From: a virus
Lineage: Duplodnaviria > Caudoviricetes
Direction: 5' to 3' (one strand)
Virus record (IMG/VR): IMGVR_UViG_3300017560_000009
Coordinates: 16,421-80,420 of that record
DNA: 64,000 bases
Shown here: positions 46,214 through 55,526 of the stretch, piece by piece
Layout of the letters: every line of letters starts with the position of its first letter
Numbering within the stretch: the stretch's first letter is position 1
The notes under the pieces: generated by a model
Database searches by the model: none
Seen by the model: only the letters and a program-made list of their open reading frames with translations
Told to the model about the DNA's origin: nothing
Made by a program: the position numbers and the translations under genes

Positions 46214-47153
46214 CGTCAGCTCCCTGTTCAAGCGCATAATGCATGCCAGCCTGCGGCACGGCGCTTTGACCATCGTAGCTTGGCGTTCCATCTTGAACGT
46301 AGACGGTGGCAGCTTCCAGCTGCTGACGACCTTCGCGGATCTCCATCTCGCGTTCGACCCAGAGATCCGGGTTGATCTCGTCCACGATGTGACGACGCAC
46401 AAGATTGGAGAGGTAGCGCGGCTCCAGCGCGTCCAGCTCCCACGACGATTCGCCGAACTGTTCGGCGTAGGCTTCGAACCGGGCATCCGTCGTCTTGGCC
46501 GGGTTCTCGGGAGGATTCTGTTCTTCGACCTGGGCCATGTTGAGCGCGAGACGGCGCAGCTCGAAACGGTAGCCGGCGAAGATCTCCAGGCGCTCGGTGA
46601 GGTCGCGGGTCATGTCGATGCCCGAGGGGTCGTGGTCGCCCAGGTGCAGGATCAACGAGCGCTGACGGCGCAACGTGGTCTCGGCGAAGTCGCGCAGCAC
46701 GGTGGAGGATGGGTAGCCACGGGCCGCGAGGATCGGCACGCCGAAGCGATGGCACACATCCGTGAGCACGCCCACCAGTGCTTCCTTCTCGATGATCACG
46801 AACACGCGGCGCGGCTGGTTGGCCCACATATCCATGTAGAACTGCTGGGCGCAAGCCTTGACCATGGAGGCGGGTGTGGACCACGTACCACGCCGCTGGA
46901 ATTCGCGGGTCCGGTCTTCGAACCAGTCCCAGTCCAACAGGCCGGCCATCTTGGCTTCATTGATCAAGTCGGCCACGCGCTTATAGCTGCGCATCGTGTT
47001 CTCGACGTGGCCACGGGCCACCAGCTGGTAGTAGGCCTGACGAGTCGTGAGGATCAGACCCATCGTTTCGTACTCGCGGCCGATGTCGTGGATGATGTTG
47101 ATCAATGCCAGCGACTCGGCACGGAACTTCTTGTCTTTATAGGCCTGCTTCAT
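46197..47153 (-). CDS. Spo11/topoisomerase VI-A-like (winged helix + TOPRIM) protein
   Basis: LTTRQAYYQL, IIEKEA, RGYPS, LGDHDPSG (DxD), ELDAL. Confidence 0.8.
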   Translation of the reverse strand: MKQAYKDKKFRAESLALINIIHDIGREYETMGLILTTRQAYYQLVARGHVENTMRSYKRVADLINEAKMAGLLDWDWFEDRTREFQRRGTWSTPASMVKACAQQFYMDMWANQPRRVFVIIEKEALVGVLTDVCHRFGVPILAARGYPSSTVLRDFAETTLRRQRSLILHLGDHDPSGIDMTRDLTERLEIFAGYRFELRRLALNMAQVEEQNPPENPAKTTDARFEAYAEQFGESSWELDALEPRYLSNLVRRHIVDEINPDLWVEREMEIREGRQQLEAATVYVQDGTPSYDGQSAVPQAGMHYALEQGADDDDEA

Positions 47154-47644
47154 TTCAGCTTCTCCATGATGACTTCGATAGCCTGCATGCAGCGCGGCAC
47201 GTCGAACATTGCGAAATGGCATTCAGCGGCTGAGATGCCCATGGCCTTGCCAAGCCATGCGTAGGCCTCGCTGCGGTCCTTGAACGGTGCGCGGGTATGT
47301 GAGGGCCAGTGCAGCTTGTTGAAGTGGCTCTTGGCCACTTTGCGGGCTTCCCGGATCTCGAACGTGGCCAACGTGCCGAGGGGAATGCCAGTGAACGGGT
47401 GGAGACCGACATACGCACCGCAGTGCTCGTTGCGGCACAGGAATACCCAGGGCCAGTCCCCGTACTCCATGCCGTTGTAGATCTCGGAATTCTTGACGCA
47501 CTCGACCTTTCCGCCGCAGTGCGGGCAGACGGTCGGCGCAGGCAGAGGGTCTTTCACCCTCGCTACAGCCTTGCGGCTGGGATTCCATGGGGTCTTGCCG
47601 TGCTGCGGTTCAAGCAGACGTTCCATGTCGAACTTGGCCATCAT
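47150..47644 (-). CDS. DUF3268-like zinc-finger protein
   Basis: CPHCG...C...CGAYVGLH...PLGTLA...R.ARK...F..L...AY.WL...MGI....CHFAMFD. Confidence 0.8.
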   Translation of the reverse strand: MMAKFDMERLLEPQHGKTPWNPSRKAVARVKDPLPAPTVCPHCGGKVECVKNSEIYNGMEYGDWPWVFLCRNEHCGAYVGLHPFTGIPLGTLATFEIREARKVAKSHFNKLHWPSHTRAPFKDRSEAYAWLGKAMGISAAECHFAMFDVPRCMQAIEVIMEKLK

Positions 47645-47657
47645 GATTCCTTGGTCG

Positions 47658-47693
47658 GAAAAGAAGCCCCGGTGCTTTCACACCGGGGCTTCT
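47658..47693 (-). terminator. Rho-independent terminator
   Basis: AGAAGCCCCGGTG-6 nt-CACCGGGGCTTCT followed by TTT on the minus strand. Confidence 0.8.
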
Positions 47694-47719
47694 GTACTGC
47701 AAGGCCCGGAGGCCGGCGC

Positions 47720-48208
47720 TTACTTGGCGGCTTCTTCGCCCGAGATCGTCTTCAGCAGGATGGGATCCAGCTTGAAGAACGTGGACAGATGCGTCAGCAG
47801 CGCGTTACCGTTGGCTTCGATGTTGGCCAGCAGCTCTTCACGCGAGGCCAGCAGCTCGGTCACGGCCGGCTGGGCTTCGACGGCGGGCGTGATCACGACG
47901 TTGGCGGCGTCAACTTCGGCTTCACGGCCCTCGACGGCTTCCTTCAGCAGCGTCGGCTGGATACCGGCCAGCAGCAGGTCCAGGACGCGGCCCAGGCCTT
48001 CGGCGCGGATCTTGCGGGCTTCTTCACGCTGGGCCTGCATCTTGGCGAAGGCTTCTTCCTGGGCCTGCGACCATTCGGCCGTGGGCTTGGGAGCGCCGCG
48101 CATGGCACGCGGGGTCTTGCCGTCATTGCCGCCCTTGTTCTTGGCGGGAGCCTTCGGGGCGGCGTTGGTCTTGTTGGTCTTGGTGGTGTCGGTAGCAGGG
48201 GTCGTCAT
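47720..48208 (-). CDS. Hypothetical protein (Lys/Ala/Thr-rich N-terminus)
   Basis: GAGGA RBS and phage-like codon usage. Confidence 0.75.
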   Translation of the reverse strand: MTTPATDTTKTNKTNAAPKAPAKNKGGNDGKTPRAMRGAPKPTAEWSQAQEEAFAKMQAQREEARKIRAEGLGRVLDLLLAGIQPTLLKEAVEGREAEVDAANVVITPAVEAQPAVTELLASREELLANIEANGNALLTHLSTFFKLDPILLKTISGEEAAK

Positions 48209-48280
48209 GATACGAAAGTTCCTCTAGAGGGAAGGGTGGTGAAGAAAGGATGGCCAGGGTTGGCCGGGGAAAGCCTGCGC

Positions 48281-48961
48281 TTACTGGTTCGAAGCGCGAG
48301 CGTTGTTGGTGATCAGGCCGAGATCGACCATGGCGTCCAGCGCCCGGGTCGCGGCGGCGTAGGTGAACGAGCCACCCATGGAGTTCATGGCTTGGTGGAC
48401 GCGGCGAATGGCGCTCTGGCGGCACACGAAGCCTTGGGGTGCCTTGGACAGCAGCACGTCGGCCTGGGGCGAACCAGCGGCGACGAGCGCGGCCTGGGGA
48501 CCGAGGGTGGCCACGACCAGATCGGAGTTGTTCAGCAGGATCTGCGCCATCATTTCGGGCGTCGGCGCGACACCTTCGGTCGCCAGCAAGGGCATCAAGG
48601 TGGATACCATCTGCACGGCGGCGGTGAAGCGTTTGTTGCGTTCTTCCAAGGCGCGTTGCTCGGCCGCTTCCTTGCGGGCGTTCAACGTGTCGAGCAGCTG
48701 TTGGTCGGAGTCCGACCAAACCAGAGGGTTGTTGTTCATTATTTGTTCCAGTTTCAGATTCAGCTTGGGAGCGCCCATCCACCATTCAATGGCATGGCGG
48801 CGATGCAGGCGTGAGGTGATCGAACCGTCAGATCTGCCGAGAAGCCTTCCGATGTACTGCACGTTATGAAAGGCTTCCCAGTAGACCTTCAACAGATGGT
48901 CGTCTGCCTCGCTCCACGGCTGACCGGCATTGCGATGCAGGGCAGACGGAGAGCGGAGCAT
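48281..48961 (-). CDS. Hypothetical protein with N-terminal Myb/SANT-like HTH
   Basis: PWSEADDHLL...IGRLLGRSDGSITSRL; a second WSDSD..LL repeat. Confidence 0.6.
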   Translation of the reverse strand: MLRSPSALHRNAGQPWSEADDHLLKVYWEAFHNVQYIGRLLGRSDGSITSRLHRRHAIEWWMGAPKLNLKLEQIMNNNPLVWSDSDQQLLDTLNARKEAAEQRALEERNKRFTAAVQMVSTLMPLLATEGVAPTPEMMAQILLNNSDLVVATLGPQAALVAAGSPQADVLLSKAPQGFVCRQSAIRRVHQAMNSMGGSFTYAAATRALDAMVDLGLITNNARASNQ

Positions 48962-48963
48962 GA

Positions 48964-49194
48964 TTAGATCTTCCGGTTCTTGGCCACTTCGGCGGCGTAG
49001 GCGCGGCCACGGCCGGTATTGCCGCGCATTTCGTGCGCGACGTTTTCGTCATCGAACTGGCGCTGGGCGTGGTAGCGAAGCTCGACGCCATCCCAGTCTT
49101 CGGGCATGTGGTCAACAGCAGCAACGAGCTTCTTCTTGATGCTGTCCATCAGGTCGGTGATGAACTTCTTCTTCTGGGCCTTGTTCAGAGCCAT
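48964..49194 (-). CDS. Hypothetical protein
   Basis: AAGGA RBS. Confidence 0.7.
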   Translation of the reverse strand: MALNKAQKKKFITDLMDSIKKKLVAAVDHMPEDWDGVELRYHAQRQFDDENVAHEMRGNTGRGRAYAAEVAKNRKI

Positions 49195-49252
49195 GGTTTA
49201 TCCTTGAAAGTTGAATGATGAAGTGGACTAGATAATACACCAGAATGGTTAG

Positions 49253-49267
49253 GAAGATTGGATCTTC
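49253..49267. promoter_or_regulatory. Palindrome GAAGAT-N3-ATCTTC (other copies at 57668-57682 with 1 mismatch and 61454-61468)
   Basis: All three copies lie in AT-rich intergenic DNA. Confidence 0.55.
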
Positions 49268-49356
49268 AAGAAAATAATTTATCCTCCATGCTTCAGACAT
49301 GGGGTTGAGAATAACCCCTTGACAAGAGGGCAACTATCCTCCCAATGGATGAAGCT

Positions 49357-49785
49357 TCAGCCGTAGATGACTGCGCCGAAGTATGCAGCTTGCAAGATCA
49401 TGTCGGCGCGCCATGCGTCGATGTTGCCGGCGTCGTCTTCCATGATCGCCTTGAGGATTTCCTGGCGGTAGGTCTCGTGGACGTTGGAGTCGTTGCCTTT
49501 CTCGTCCTTGAGGGTGCCGGCGATGAGGCCGGGGAGGGCGGCGCGCAGGGCGTCCAGATTGATGGTCTTGGTGGACTGGGCGGTGTCTTCGTCGCCCCAG
49601 TCCTCCACGACCACCGAGATGTACTCGTGGGTGTGCTTGCCCTTTCGGGTCACGGCGTTCTTGAACCGCGCCCACTCGGTGCTGTAGCCGCTCTCGATGG
49701 CCGTGCAGAGCACGTCCATCAAGAATTGGTCGGGGATGGCCACTTCGACCATCAGCTTGTCGCCTTCAATCTTGCAGTTGATCAC
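49357..49785 (-). CDS. Hypothetical protein
   Basis: GGAG RBS; ...DA...D.ILQ.A.FG..IYG C-terminus. Confidence 0.7.
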   Translation of the reverse strand: MINCKIEGDKLMVEVAIPDQFLMDVLCTAIESGYSTEWARFKNAVTRKGKHTHEYISVVVEDWGDEDTAQSTKTINLDALRAALPGLIAGTLKDEKGNDSNVHETYRQEILKAIMEDDAGNIDAWRADMILQAAYFGAVIYG

Positions 49786-50521
49786 GTTCTTTCTCCTTGA
49801 CTTCGATCTGGTGATGCAGGTTGGCGGACTTCTCCAGCAGGAGCTGGATCATGTCCTCGAAAACCTTCACCGGACGCGGCCAGTATTTCAGCTCACGGAT
49901 GAGGGCTTGATTCTTCTTGCGGTCGATGCGCAGCTCCTTGATCTCGGAGCGCATCTGGCTGATTTCTTCCTCCAGATCTTCGATCTGGCGCTCCCGCCTG
50001 TCCTCCGCATAGAACTCGCGGCTGCGCTCGGCCCACTTGTCGGCGTAGTGGTCCGCCCAACGTGCCGCCTCTTCCTTGTCGTCCGTGACTTCGAGCGGGA
50101 AGGTGACGATTTCGTTGTTCTCGCTCTGGTCGATGGCAGGGAAGAAGCGGGGTTCCCCGTTTTTGCCGACCAGCTGGAAGACGACGCCTTTGGCCGTGCC
50201 GTTGATGGCTCCGCACTCATCGTCCATGTACCAGCCGGTGTGGTCCAGGCGGATGATCTTGTCGGCGTCACCAACGAGACGGAAGCATTTCGGCGCGCCG
50301 GTCGAGTAGGTGTATCGGGTGTCACCCCACTGCTTGACCTGGGGGTTCTCGGTGTGCTCCCAGTACACCTCGCTCTTGCGCAAGAACGGGTTATGGCGCT
50401 GGCTGCGAATGTCTTTCCAGGATGGGCGCTTGCTACGCTCGGCGTCGTTGCGCAGTTTGTTCAGGCGAGAGAGAGCGCCTTCCGTCAGAGGGTTGCGGAA
50501 GAGGTGATGATCGTAAGGCAT
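49766..50521 (-). CDS. Hypothetical protein with C-terminal coiled coil
   Basis: Start MPYDHH with GGAGG RBS. Confidence 0.7.
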   Translation of the reverse strand: MPYDHHLFRNPLTEGALSRLNKLRNDAERSKRPSWKDIRSQRHNPFLRKSEVYWEHTENPQVKQWGDTRYTYSTGAPKCFRLVGDADKIIRLDHTGWYMDDECGAINGTAKGVVFQLVGKNGEPRFFPAIDQSENNEIVTFPLEVTDDKEEAARWADHYADKWAERSREFYAEDRRERQIEDLEEEISQMRSEIKELRIDRKKNQALIRELKYWPRPVKVFEDMIQLLLEKSANLHHQIEVKEKERDQLQD

Positions 50522-50555
50522 GATGCCTCCTTGTATGTGTGCTGAAAGTTGAGAA

Positions 50556-50963
50556 CTACTTATCGAACTTCTTGGATGTGATCGTGACCGGTACGTTCCC
50601 TTCCACCGTCTTGATGAAGTTGTTGGGAACACTGGAGATGTTCATGTACAGACGATGCCATCGCCCGTTGGTCTTGATCTTCCAGTTCGTCGGAATGCCC
50701 CGGACCATCAGACTGCAATCTTTCTCGACAGCCTGATAGATGATGTCTTCCGCGCTCTTGGTCAAGAACGGACCATTGCCCGTGCCGTACTGGATGAAGG
50801 CGTCAAAGCCGGGTTGTTGGAGCCGGCTGCGGATCAGTTCCTTCATGCCATCCAGCGTATCGGCGCGAAGCTTCTGTTCGTTCACCGTGGCCACCCAGCG
50901 GATGCCGGAGCTATTGAGGTCAGCCGGATGGATGTTGACCCCGAAGTACGTGATGATCTTCAT
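50556..50963 (-). CDS. Hypothetical protein
   Basis: ATGA-coupled; AAGGA RBS. Confidence 0.65.
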   Translation of the reverse strand: MKIITYFGVNIHPADLNSSGIRWVATVNEQKLRADTLDGMKELIRSRLQQPGFDAFIQYGTGNGPFLTKSAEDIIYQAVEKDCSLMVRGIPTNWKIKTNGRWHRLYMNISSVPNNFIKTVEGNVPVTITSKKFDK

Positions 50964-51295
50964 ACGTAGTCCTTGTGCGCATCCCATTCGCCACCTTCGG
51001 CGTCGATCTCGTCGTGGCCGCGCAGGGAGTTGTTGGTGTCGAACATCAACTGGGCTTCAGCCAGCGTGACGACGCGGGGATTCTGGAACTTCAGCTTGGC
51101 GGCGATGCCATCCGCGATGTGGCGGACCTGCACACGCAGCACGCTGTCGTCCAGCACTTCGGTCCAGTAACGGCCACGATGGCGGACACGGTTGCGATCC
51201 AGCATGAACAGCTTGATCTCCGGGTTGTGGCGCTTATCGCAGACGATGATGAACGGGCCGGAAGAGGGGAGGGCGTTAGCCGTGGCGTTTTTCAT
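50960..51295 (-). CDS. Hypothetical protein
   Basis: Start MKNATA with GGAG RBS. Confidence 0.6.
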   Translation of the reverse strand: MKNATANALPSSGPFIIVCDKRHNPEIKLFMLDRNRVRHRGRYWTEVLDDSVLRVQVRHIADGIAAKLKFQNPRVVTLAEAQLMFDTNNSLRGHDEIDAEGGEWDAHKDYV

Positions 51296-51728
51296 AGACG
51301 TACTTCTCCAGGCTGCAATTACCTCGCAGCACTTCATCAATGGTGATAGGGTCGAAACCCGGTTGGTGGTTGTCAGCTTCCGCGCCGATCTGCACAGTCC
51401 AGTGTGCGTCACGATCCATGCCATGCGCGGCCAGCACGGCTTCAGCCATGAAGTGCCGCTTGGTGGCGCGGGAGAGCTTCTTGTAATCGTCCTCGTCCAT
51501 GCCGAAGATGGAACGAGCGTTCTTGAGTTCTTCGGGCTTGCGCCCCATGAAGATGGTTCCGCGTTCAAGCCAGAATTGATTGTCCGGGCCTCCAGCATCG
51601 GAGCACGGCGTGACGCGGATGACATCCACGTAATGCGGCCAGCCTTCGAAGCTGTAGAAGCCGCCTCCATTCTCCATGCTCAGATCGCCGAAGCGGTGCC
51701 AGCGGAAGCGTTTTGCAGGCTTGTACAT
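51276..51728 (-). CDS. Hypothetical protein
   Basis: GAGGG RBS; palindromic motif 26 bp upstream. Confidence 0.7.
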   Translation of the reverse strand: MYKPAKRFRWHRFGDLSMENGGGFYSFEGWPHYVDVIRVTPCSDAGGPDNQFWLERGTIFMGRKPEELKNARSIFGMDEDDYKKLSRATKRHFMAEAVLAAHGMDRDAHWTVQIGAEADNHQPGFDPITIDEVLRGNCSLEKYVYEKRHG

Positions 51729-51765
51729 ATGTCCCTCGTCTGTGTGATGAAAGGTTCGTTACGAA

Positions 51766-52044
51766 CTACTCGGAATCGACGGGCTTGGCCGCTCCTTCGA
51801 ACTCCGCGTAGCTGGCCAGCTCTTTGATGAGGGCTTCCGCGAGATCCGGGTGGCCACGTTCAACCAGCGCGCCGACCACGCAGGCCATCAGCACGGCAGC
51901 GCGAAAGCCGTTGGTGCGCCGACCACCGATGACGACAGACGCCGCCCAGGGGACCGTGTTGCGTTGCTCGGGGCTGGGGCGCGTCAGGGCATCGCAGATG
52001 GAGCCGGCGCGGGCTTTGTAGTAGGGGAGGGTATGCAGGCTCAT
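51766..52044 (-). CDS. Hypothetical protein
   Basis: ATGA-coupled early ORF. Confidence 0.55.
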   Translation of the reverse strand: MSLHTLPYYKARAGSICDALTRPSPEQRNTVPWAASVVIGGRRTNGFRAAVLMACVVGALVERGHPDLAEALIKELASYAEFEGAAKPVDSE

Positions 52045-52277
52045 GCTGCCACCTGTTCGCGGCTGTGCGTGAATTCCAGGCGACGGCCGGAACCGGACTT
52101 GACCGCGTGGACCTCGTTGAACGCGGCGCAGGCGTTGTCCCATCCGGTTTTGGCCTTGGCCAGCGCCTCGGTGGCGCGGCGCATCGCCTCTTCGGCTTCG
52201 TTGTGCGCCAGAATGGCTTGCTGGTATTCCTTCAAGGCCTGGACGTGATTGGCCAAGGTCTGTTCTTTGTGCGTCAT
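52041..52277 (-). CDS. Hypothetical protein
   Basis: GGAG RBS; helical. Confidence 0.6.
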   Translation of the reverse strand: MTHKEQTLANHVQALKEYQQAILAHNEAEEAMRRATEALAKAKTGWDNACAAFNEVHAVKSGSGRRLEFTHSREQVAA

Positions 52278-52307
52278 GATGACTCCGTTTGTGTGCTGCG
52301 GGTTAGA

Positions 52308-52484
52308 TCATCCGATGACGATGTACACAGCATCGGACTTGTGGAAGGGCTTCTCGCCCACGCCTTCGTGCAGGTAGACGTGCCGCCCTTGCGAGGCGTT
52401 CATCTTCTGGAAGGTGTGATCATCGTGGAGGGGACGAAAGATCGTCCCCACCTTCAGATCTTCGAAGGTGGTGAGGTCGCTCAT
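52308..52484 (-). CDS. Hypothetical protein
   Basis: ATGA-coupled; TFEDLKVGTIF pattern. Confidence 0.55.
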   Translation of the reverse strand: MSDLTTFEDLKVGTIFRPLHDDHTFQKMNASQGRHVYLHEGVGEKPFHKSDAVYIVIG

Positions 52485-52765
52485 GCAGGCTCCAGTTGCT
52501 CGCGGTGTTCGGTGAACGACGCCGACCAGCGCATGCCGTGATCCGTGCGGATACCGTTGATCACGCAGCCGGTTTCGGCCGCGATGTGGTTGAGCACGGC
52601 TTGCGACAGCGGCCAGCACTTGAGCGACTTGTCGGTGTTGTCCACCGTATGGTCCGCCAAGATCTCGTTGATCTTGGGGACCATGGTTGGCGCACGGAGC
52701 CGGATGCGTTCGACCAGCTCGCGCAGCGAGTGGAAAGGCCCGCAGTCAGGAATGGCGTTGTCCAT
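52481..52765 (-). CDS. Hypothetical protein
   Basis: Start MDNAIP follows the upstream stop by 1 nt. Confidence 0.55.
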   Translation of the reverse strand: MDNAIPDCGPFHSLRELVERIRLRAPTMVPKINEILADHTVDNTDKSLKCWPLSQAVLNHIAAETGCVINGIRTDHGMRWSASFTEHREQLEPA

Positions 52766-52766
52766 G

Positions 52767-52946
52767 TCAGGCGTCCAGAAGGTTGTTGGCGACTGCGCAG
52801 TCGTTCCAGGCGGCGCGGGCCGTCGTGAACGTCTTGCCGCGTTCCTCCGGGAACAGCACCTTGAACCAGTAGAAGCCCTGGGACGAGTCCGCGACGGCGT
52901 AGCCAGCGGACTTGGCGAGGGATTCCGGGTTGTGTTTTCCACCCAT
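52767..52946 (-). CDS. Hypothetical 59-aa protein (below the ORF-track cut-off)
   Basis: MGGKHNPESLAKSAGYAV...NLLDA*; AAGGAG RBS; fills the gap between neighbours. Confidence 0.65.
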   Translation of the reverse strand: MGGKHNPESLAKSAGYAVADSSQGFYWFKVLFPEERGKTFTTARAAWNDCAVANNLLDA

Positions 52947-52957
52947 GACTTGCTCCT

Positions 52958-53215
52958 TTATTGATTGTTGACGACGAGCTTGAGGTAACGCACCGTGGCC
53001 TGGGGGACCGTGATGCGTCGGCGATGGCTGGTGTTGCGCGCCGAATCGAAACCGAGTCGGTACGCATCATCCAGATCTTGGCAAATGCCAGCGAGAGCGT
53101 GGCTCTGGCCGAGCGCATGGCCCAGCTGCGCATCGTTCCAGCCTTGCTGGAATGACAGGCAACGGCCCGCCTCGGTGTTGGCTGGGTTCAGATTGCGGTC
53201 GGCGACTTGTTCCAT
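52958..53215 (-). CDS. Hypothetical protein
   Basis: Operon packing. Confidence 0.55.
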   Translation of the reverse strand: MEQVADRNLNPANTEAGRCLSFQQGWNDAQLGHALGQSHALAGICQDLDDAYRLGFDSARNTSHRRRITVPQATVRYLKLVVNNQ

Positions 53216-53217
53216 GA

Positions 53218-53838
53218 TCAGTGGACCGTCCCGTTACCCGGCACGCGGTTGGGTTCGATGACCTGCTTGACGATCTCGTCGTATGCCTCGGTGCCGGGGG
53301 CATACTCGTGAGCGCGGTCCATGTCCGGCTCGCCGTCCTTGTCCAGCGGGATCACCAGCATCGGCACGGGGCCGTCCGAAGGCAGCACGCCCTTGATGGC
53401 TTCTTCGATCACGCTGGCCAGCCTGCGGCCCATGTTGTTGCGATGCTTGCGGTATTCCACGCCCATGAGATCCATCAGGAAGTGGCGGTCGGCGTTGCCA
53501 TCGGCCAGTTTCTCGGGCAGCGCGTCCAGCTTGATCGGAGGACGGTCGAGGTGGCCCAGGACGATGTTGGCGATCTCTTCGGTGGAGATGGGCGCTTCTT
53601 CGATGAAGAGACGCACGGCTTCGCACAGGAACGGTGCGAGCTTGACTTCATCATCGTCCTTCGTGACGCCGAGCGAGGCCATCGTGGCTTCGGCGCGCTC
53701 CACGATCTTGTCGCGCATCGGTTCGATCTCTTCGCCACGGAAGTAGCGGCCTTGGCGCGTGGCGGTGTTGAAGAGCACCATGGCGCAGCAGCCGATGATG
53801 ATGCCGGTGTCCGACGCTTTAGCGGTGAGGTAGTTCAT
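53218..53838 (-). CDS. Hypothetical protein
   Basis: AAGGA RBS; palindrome 20 bp upstream. Confidence 0.75.
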   Translation of the reverse strand: MNYLTAKASDTGIIIGCCAMVLFNTATRQGRYFRGEEIEPMRDKIVERAEATMASLGVTKDDDEVKLAPFLCEAVRLFIEEAPISTEEIANIVLGHLDRPPIKLDALPEKLADGNADRHFLMDLMGVEYRKHRNNMGRRLASVIEEAIKGVLPSDGPVPMLVIPLDKDGEPDMDRAHEYAPGTEAYDEIVKQVIEPNRVPGNGTVH

Positions 53839-53873
53839 GTTGCTTCCTTGAGGGATGGTTCGTTACGAACCGA

Positions 53874-54221
53874 TTACGAGCGGTGGCGCATGCCGGAGGT
53901 GGCATGCAGATGCTGGAAGGTGGCGTCCGAGATGTGCCAGAAGGTGATCTCACGGGTGTAGATCTCACCTTCATGGGAGATGCAGGCACGGATCCTCAGA
54001 CTGGTCCACTGATACTCGTGTCCCATGTCGTAATCCACGCCGGCCTTCCTGTAGCTCTCCAGCCACGGGACCGGATGGCCATGTGCCTCGGAGGCGGCGT
54101 CGGCGTGTTCCTTCATGACGCGGTTGAAGGCCGCAGTTTCGAACACGACGAGCCGGCCGTCGAGTTCCCAGTGGCCACCGTTCCAGCCGTCCACGAATTT
54201 CAGTTGCATGTCATTCCTCAC
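53874..54221 (-). CDS. Hypothetical protein
   Basis: Operon packing. Confidence 0.55.
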   Translation of the reverse strand: MRNDMQLKFVDGWNGGHWELDGRLVVFETAAFNRVMKEHADAASEAHGHPVPWLESYRKAGVDYDMGHEYQWTSLRIRACISHEGEIYTREITFWHISDATFQHLHATSGMRHRS

Positions 54222-54498
54222 GTTCTTTGGCTTTCATGGCGTGCCATGCAATGGCCTTCGCCTCGTAAGCCGTGATGATCACCTGGAGCTTCTTCTCGCA
54301 GGCCTGGGCCAGCCGCAGGCTGTGGAACTCGGCCCATTCTTCCCACTTGTCGTAGGAGTTGGAACCGGATTCAACCGAATACTCCCTGGCTGCGTACACC
54401 TCGATCTCCAGCTCCCTGGAGATCGAGGCATCTTCGCGCAGCATGTCAGCCAGCTCCTGGCTTCCCGAGATGCTGACGTGATAGATCGTTGTGATCAT
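54211..54498 (-). CDS. Hypothetical protein
   Basis: ATGA-coupled. Confidence 0.6.
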   Translation of the reverse strand: MITTIYHVSISGSQELADMLREDASISRELEIEVYAAREYSVESGSNSYDKWEEWAEFHSLRLAQACEKKLQVIITAYEAKAIAWHAMKAKEREE

Positions 54499-55487
54499 TG
54501 GTTGGGAACCTCCCAGTTGAACCCGGCCGCGAGCATGTCCAGCTTCATCGCTTCGATCAGCGCGGGCAGACGCGCCTCCAACAGTGCCTTCAGCTCTTCA
54601 CGCGGCAGGCACAGTTGCTCGTCGGTGGCTTCGGGCCAGCAGGCGCTGCTGCGAGCGAAGTTCAGCTCGCGTTCCTTTCCTTCGCCAAAGAGCGTCGGCA
54701 CGGTCTCGAAGCGGATGAAACGACGATTGGCGCGACGGGCCTTGTATTCCCGGTCGAACACTTCAGCCCAGGCTTGGGCTTCGACTTCGGTGTCGAACGG
54801 GCATTCATGCCACTTGGCCTCGAATCCCTTCAGCGTGAACTTCGGAGTGAAGTTGTATTCGGTGGCCTTGGTCTTGACGTACTCTACCGCCACCACTTCG
54901 AAGTCGTAGTGATCGGGGTTGGAACGCGGCGTCTTCGCCATGAAGTCCAGACGGGCCATCGCCCAGCGCAGGAAGCTTTGCTTGATCTCCTGCGGGATCG
55001 GGCTGTCTCCCACATACATGACCGTCTTCTGGTGCTTCTCGCCGGGGTGCGGCTCGCCCTTACGCAAGCCCCAGTGGTCACGGTCGCCAGCGTGGTACAG
55101 CGCATTGGCGGGATAGTGCATCGGACCATCGGTGGACGCGAGATTCCAGCGCTGGAGATGTGCCAGCTCGGGAAAGTGCTTGGCGATCTCTTCGTCGCAA
55201 CGTCCGCAGCTTTCGATACGATCATCGGCGCGGATGCCGAGCTTCGGGTTGTAGATCGTGCCGGTCACGCAGAAGTCGTTGTGGCCGTTCTTGCAGTTGT
55301 CATCGAAGCGCACTTCGACAACGATGGTCTTGCGGGTGCCATCTTCGTTGAACTGGCGGCGGGCCTTGAAGACCTGATGCATGTACGTGATCTTGCCAAG
55401 CCGGCCGGGGGCCGAGTACGGGATACGGGTCATGCGGCCTTCGACACCGAGCATGGTGAAAGCGAATTCAGTGGCGGTATCAGTCAT
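54495..55487 (-). CDS. Conserved-looking phage hypothetical protein
   Basis: 330 aa; DDNCKNGHNDF...CGRCDEEIAKHFPEL...STDGPMHY.AN.LYH; AAGGA RBS. Confidence 0.8.
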   Translation of the reverse strand: MTDTATEFAFTMLGVEGRMTRIPYSAPGRLGKITYMHQVFKARRQFNEDGTRKTIVVEVRFDDNCKNGHNDFCVTGTIYNPKLGIRADDRIESCGRCDEEIAKHFPELAHLQRWNLASTDGPMHYPANALYHAGDRDHWGLRKGEPHPGEKHQKTVMYVGDSPIPQEIKQSFLRWAMARLDFMAKTPRSNPDHYDFEVVAVEYVKTKATEYNFTPKFTLKGFEAKWHECPFDTEVEAQAWAEVFDREYKARRANRRFIRFETVPTLFGEGKERELNFARSSACWPEATDEQLCLPREELKALLEARLPALIEAMKLDMLAAGFNWEVPNQ

Positions 55488-55526
55488 GATGCGTCCTTGT
55501 GTGATGTGTGATGTGGGAGATACAGC

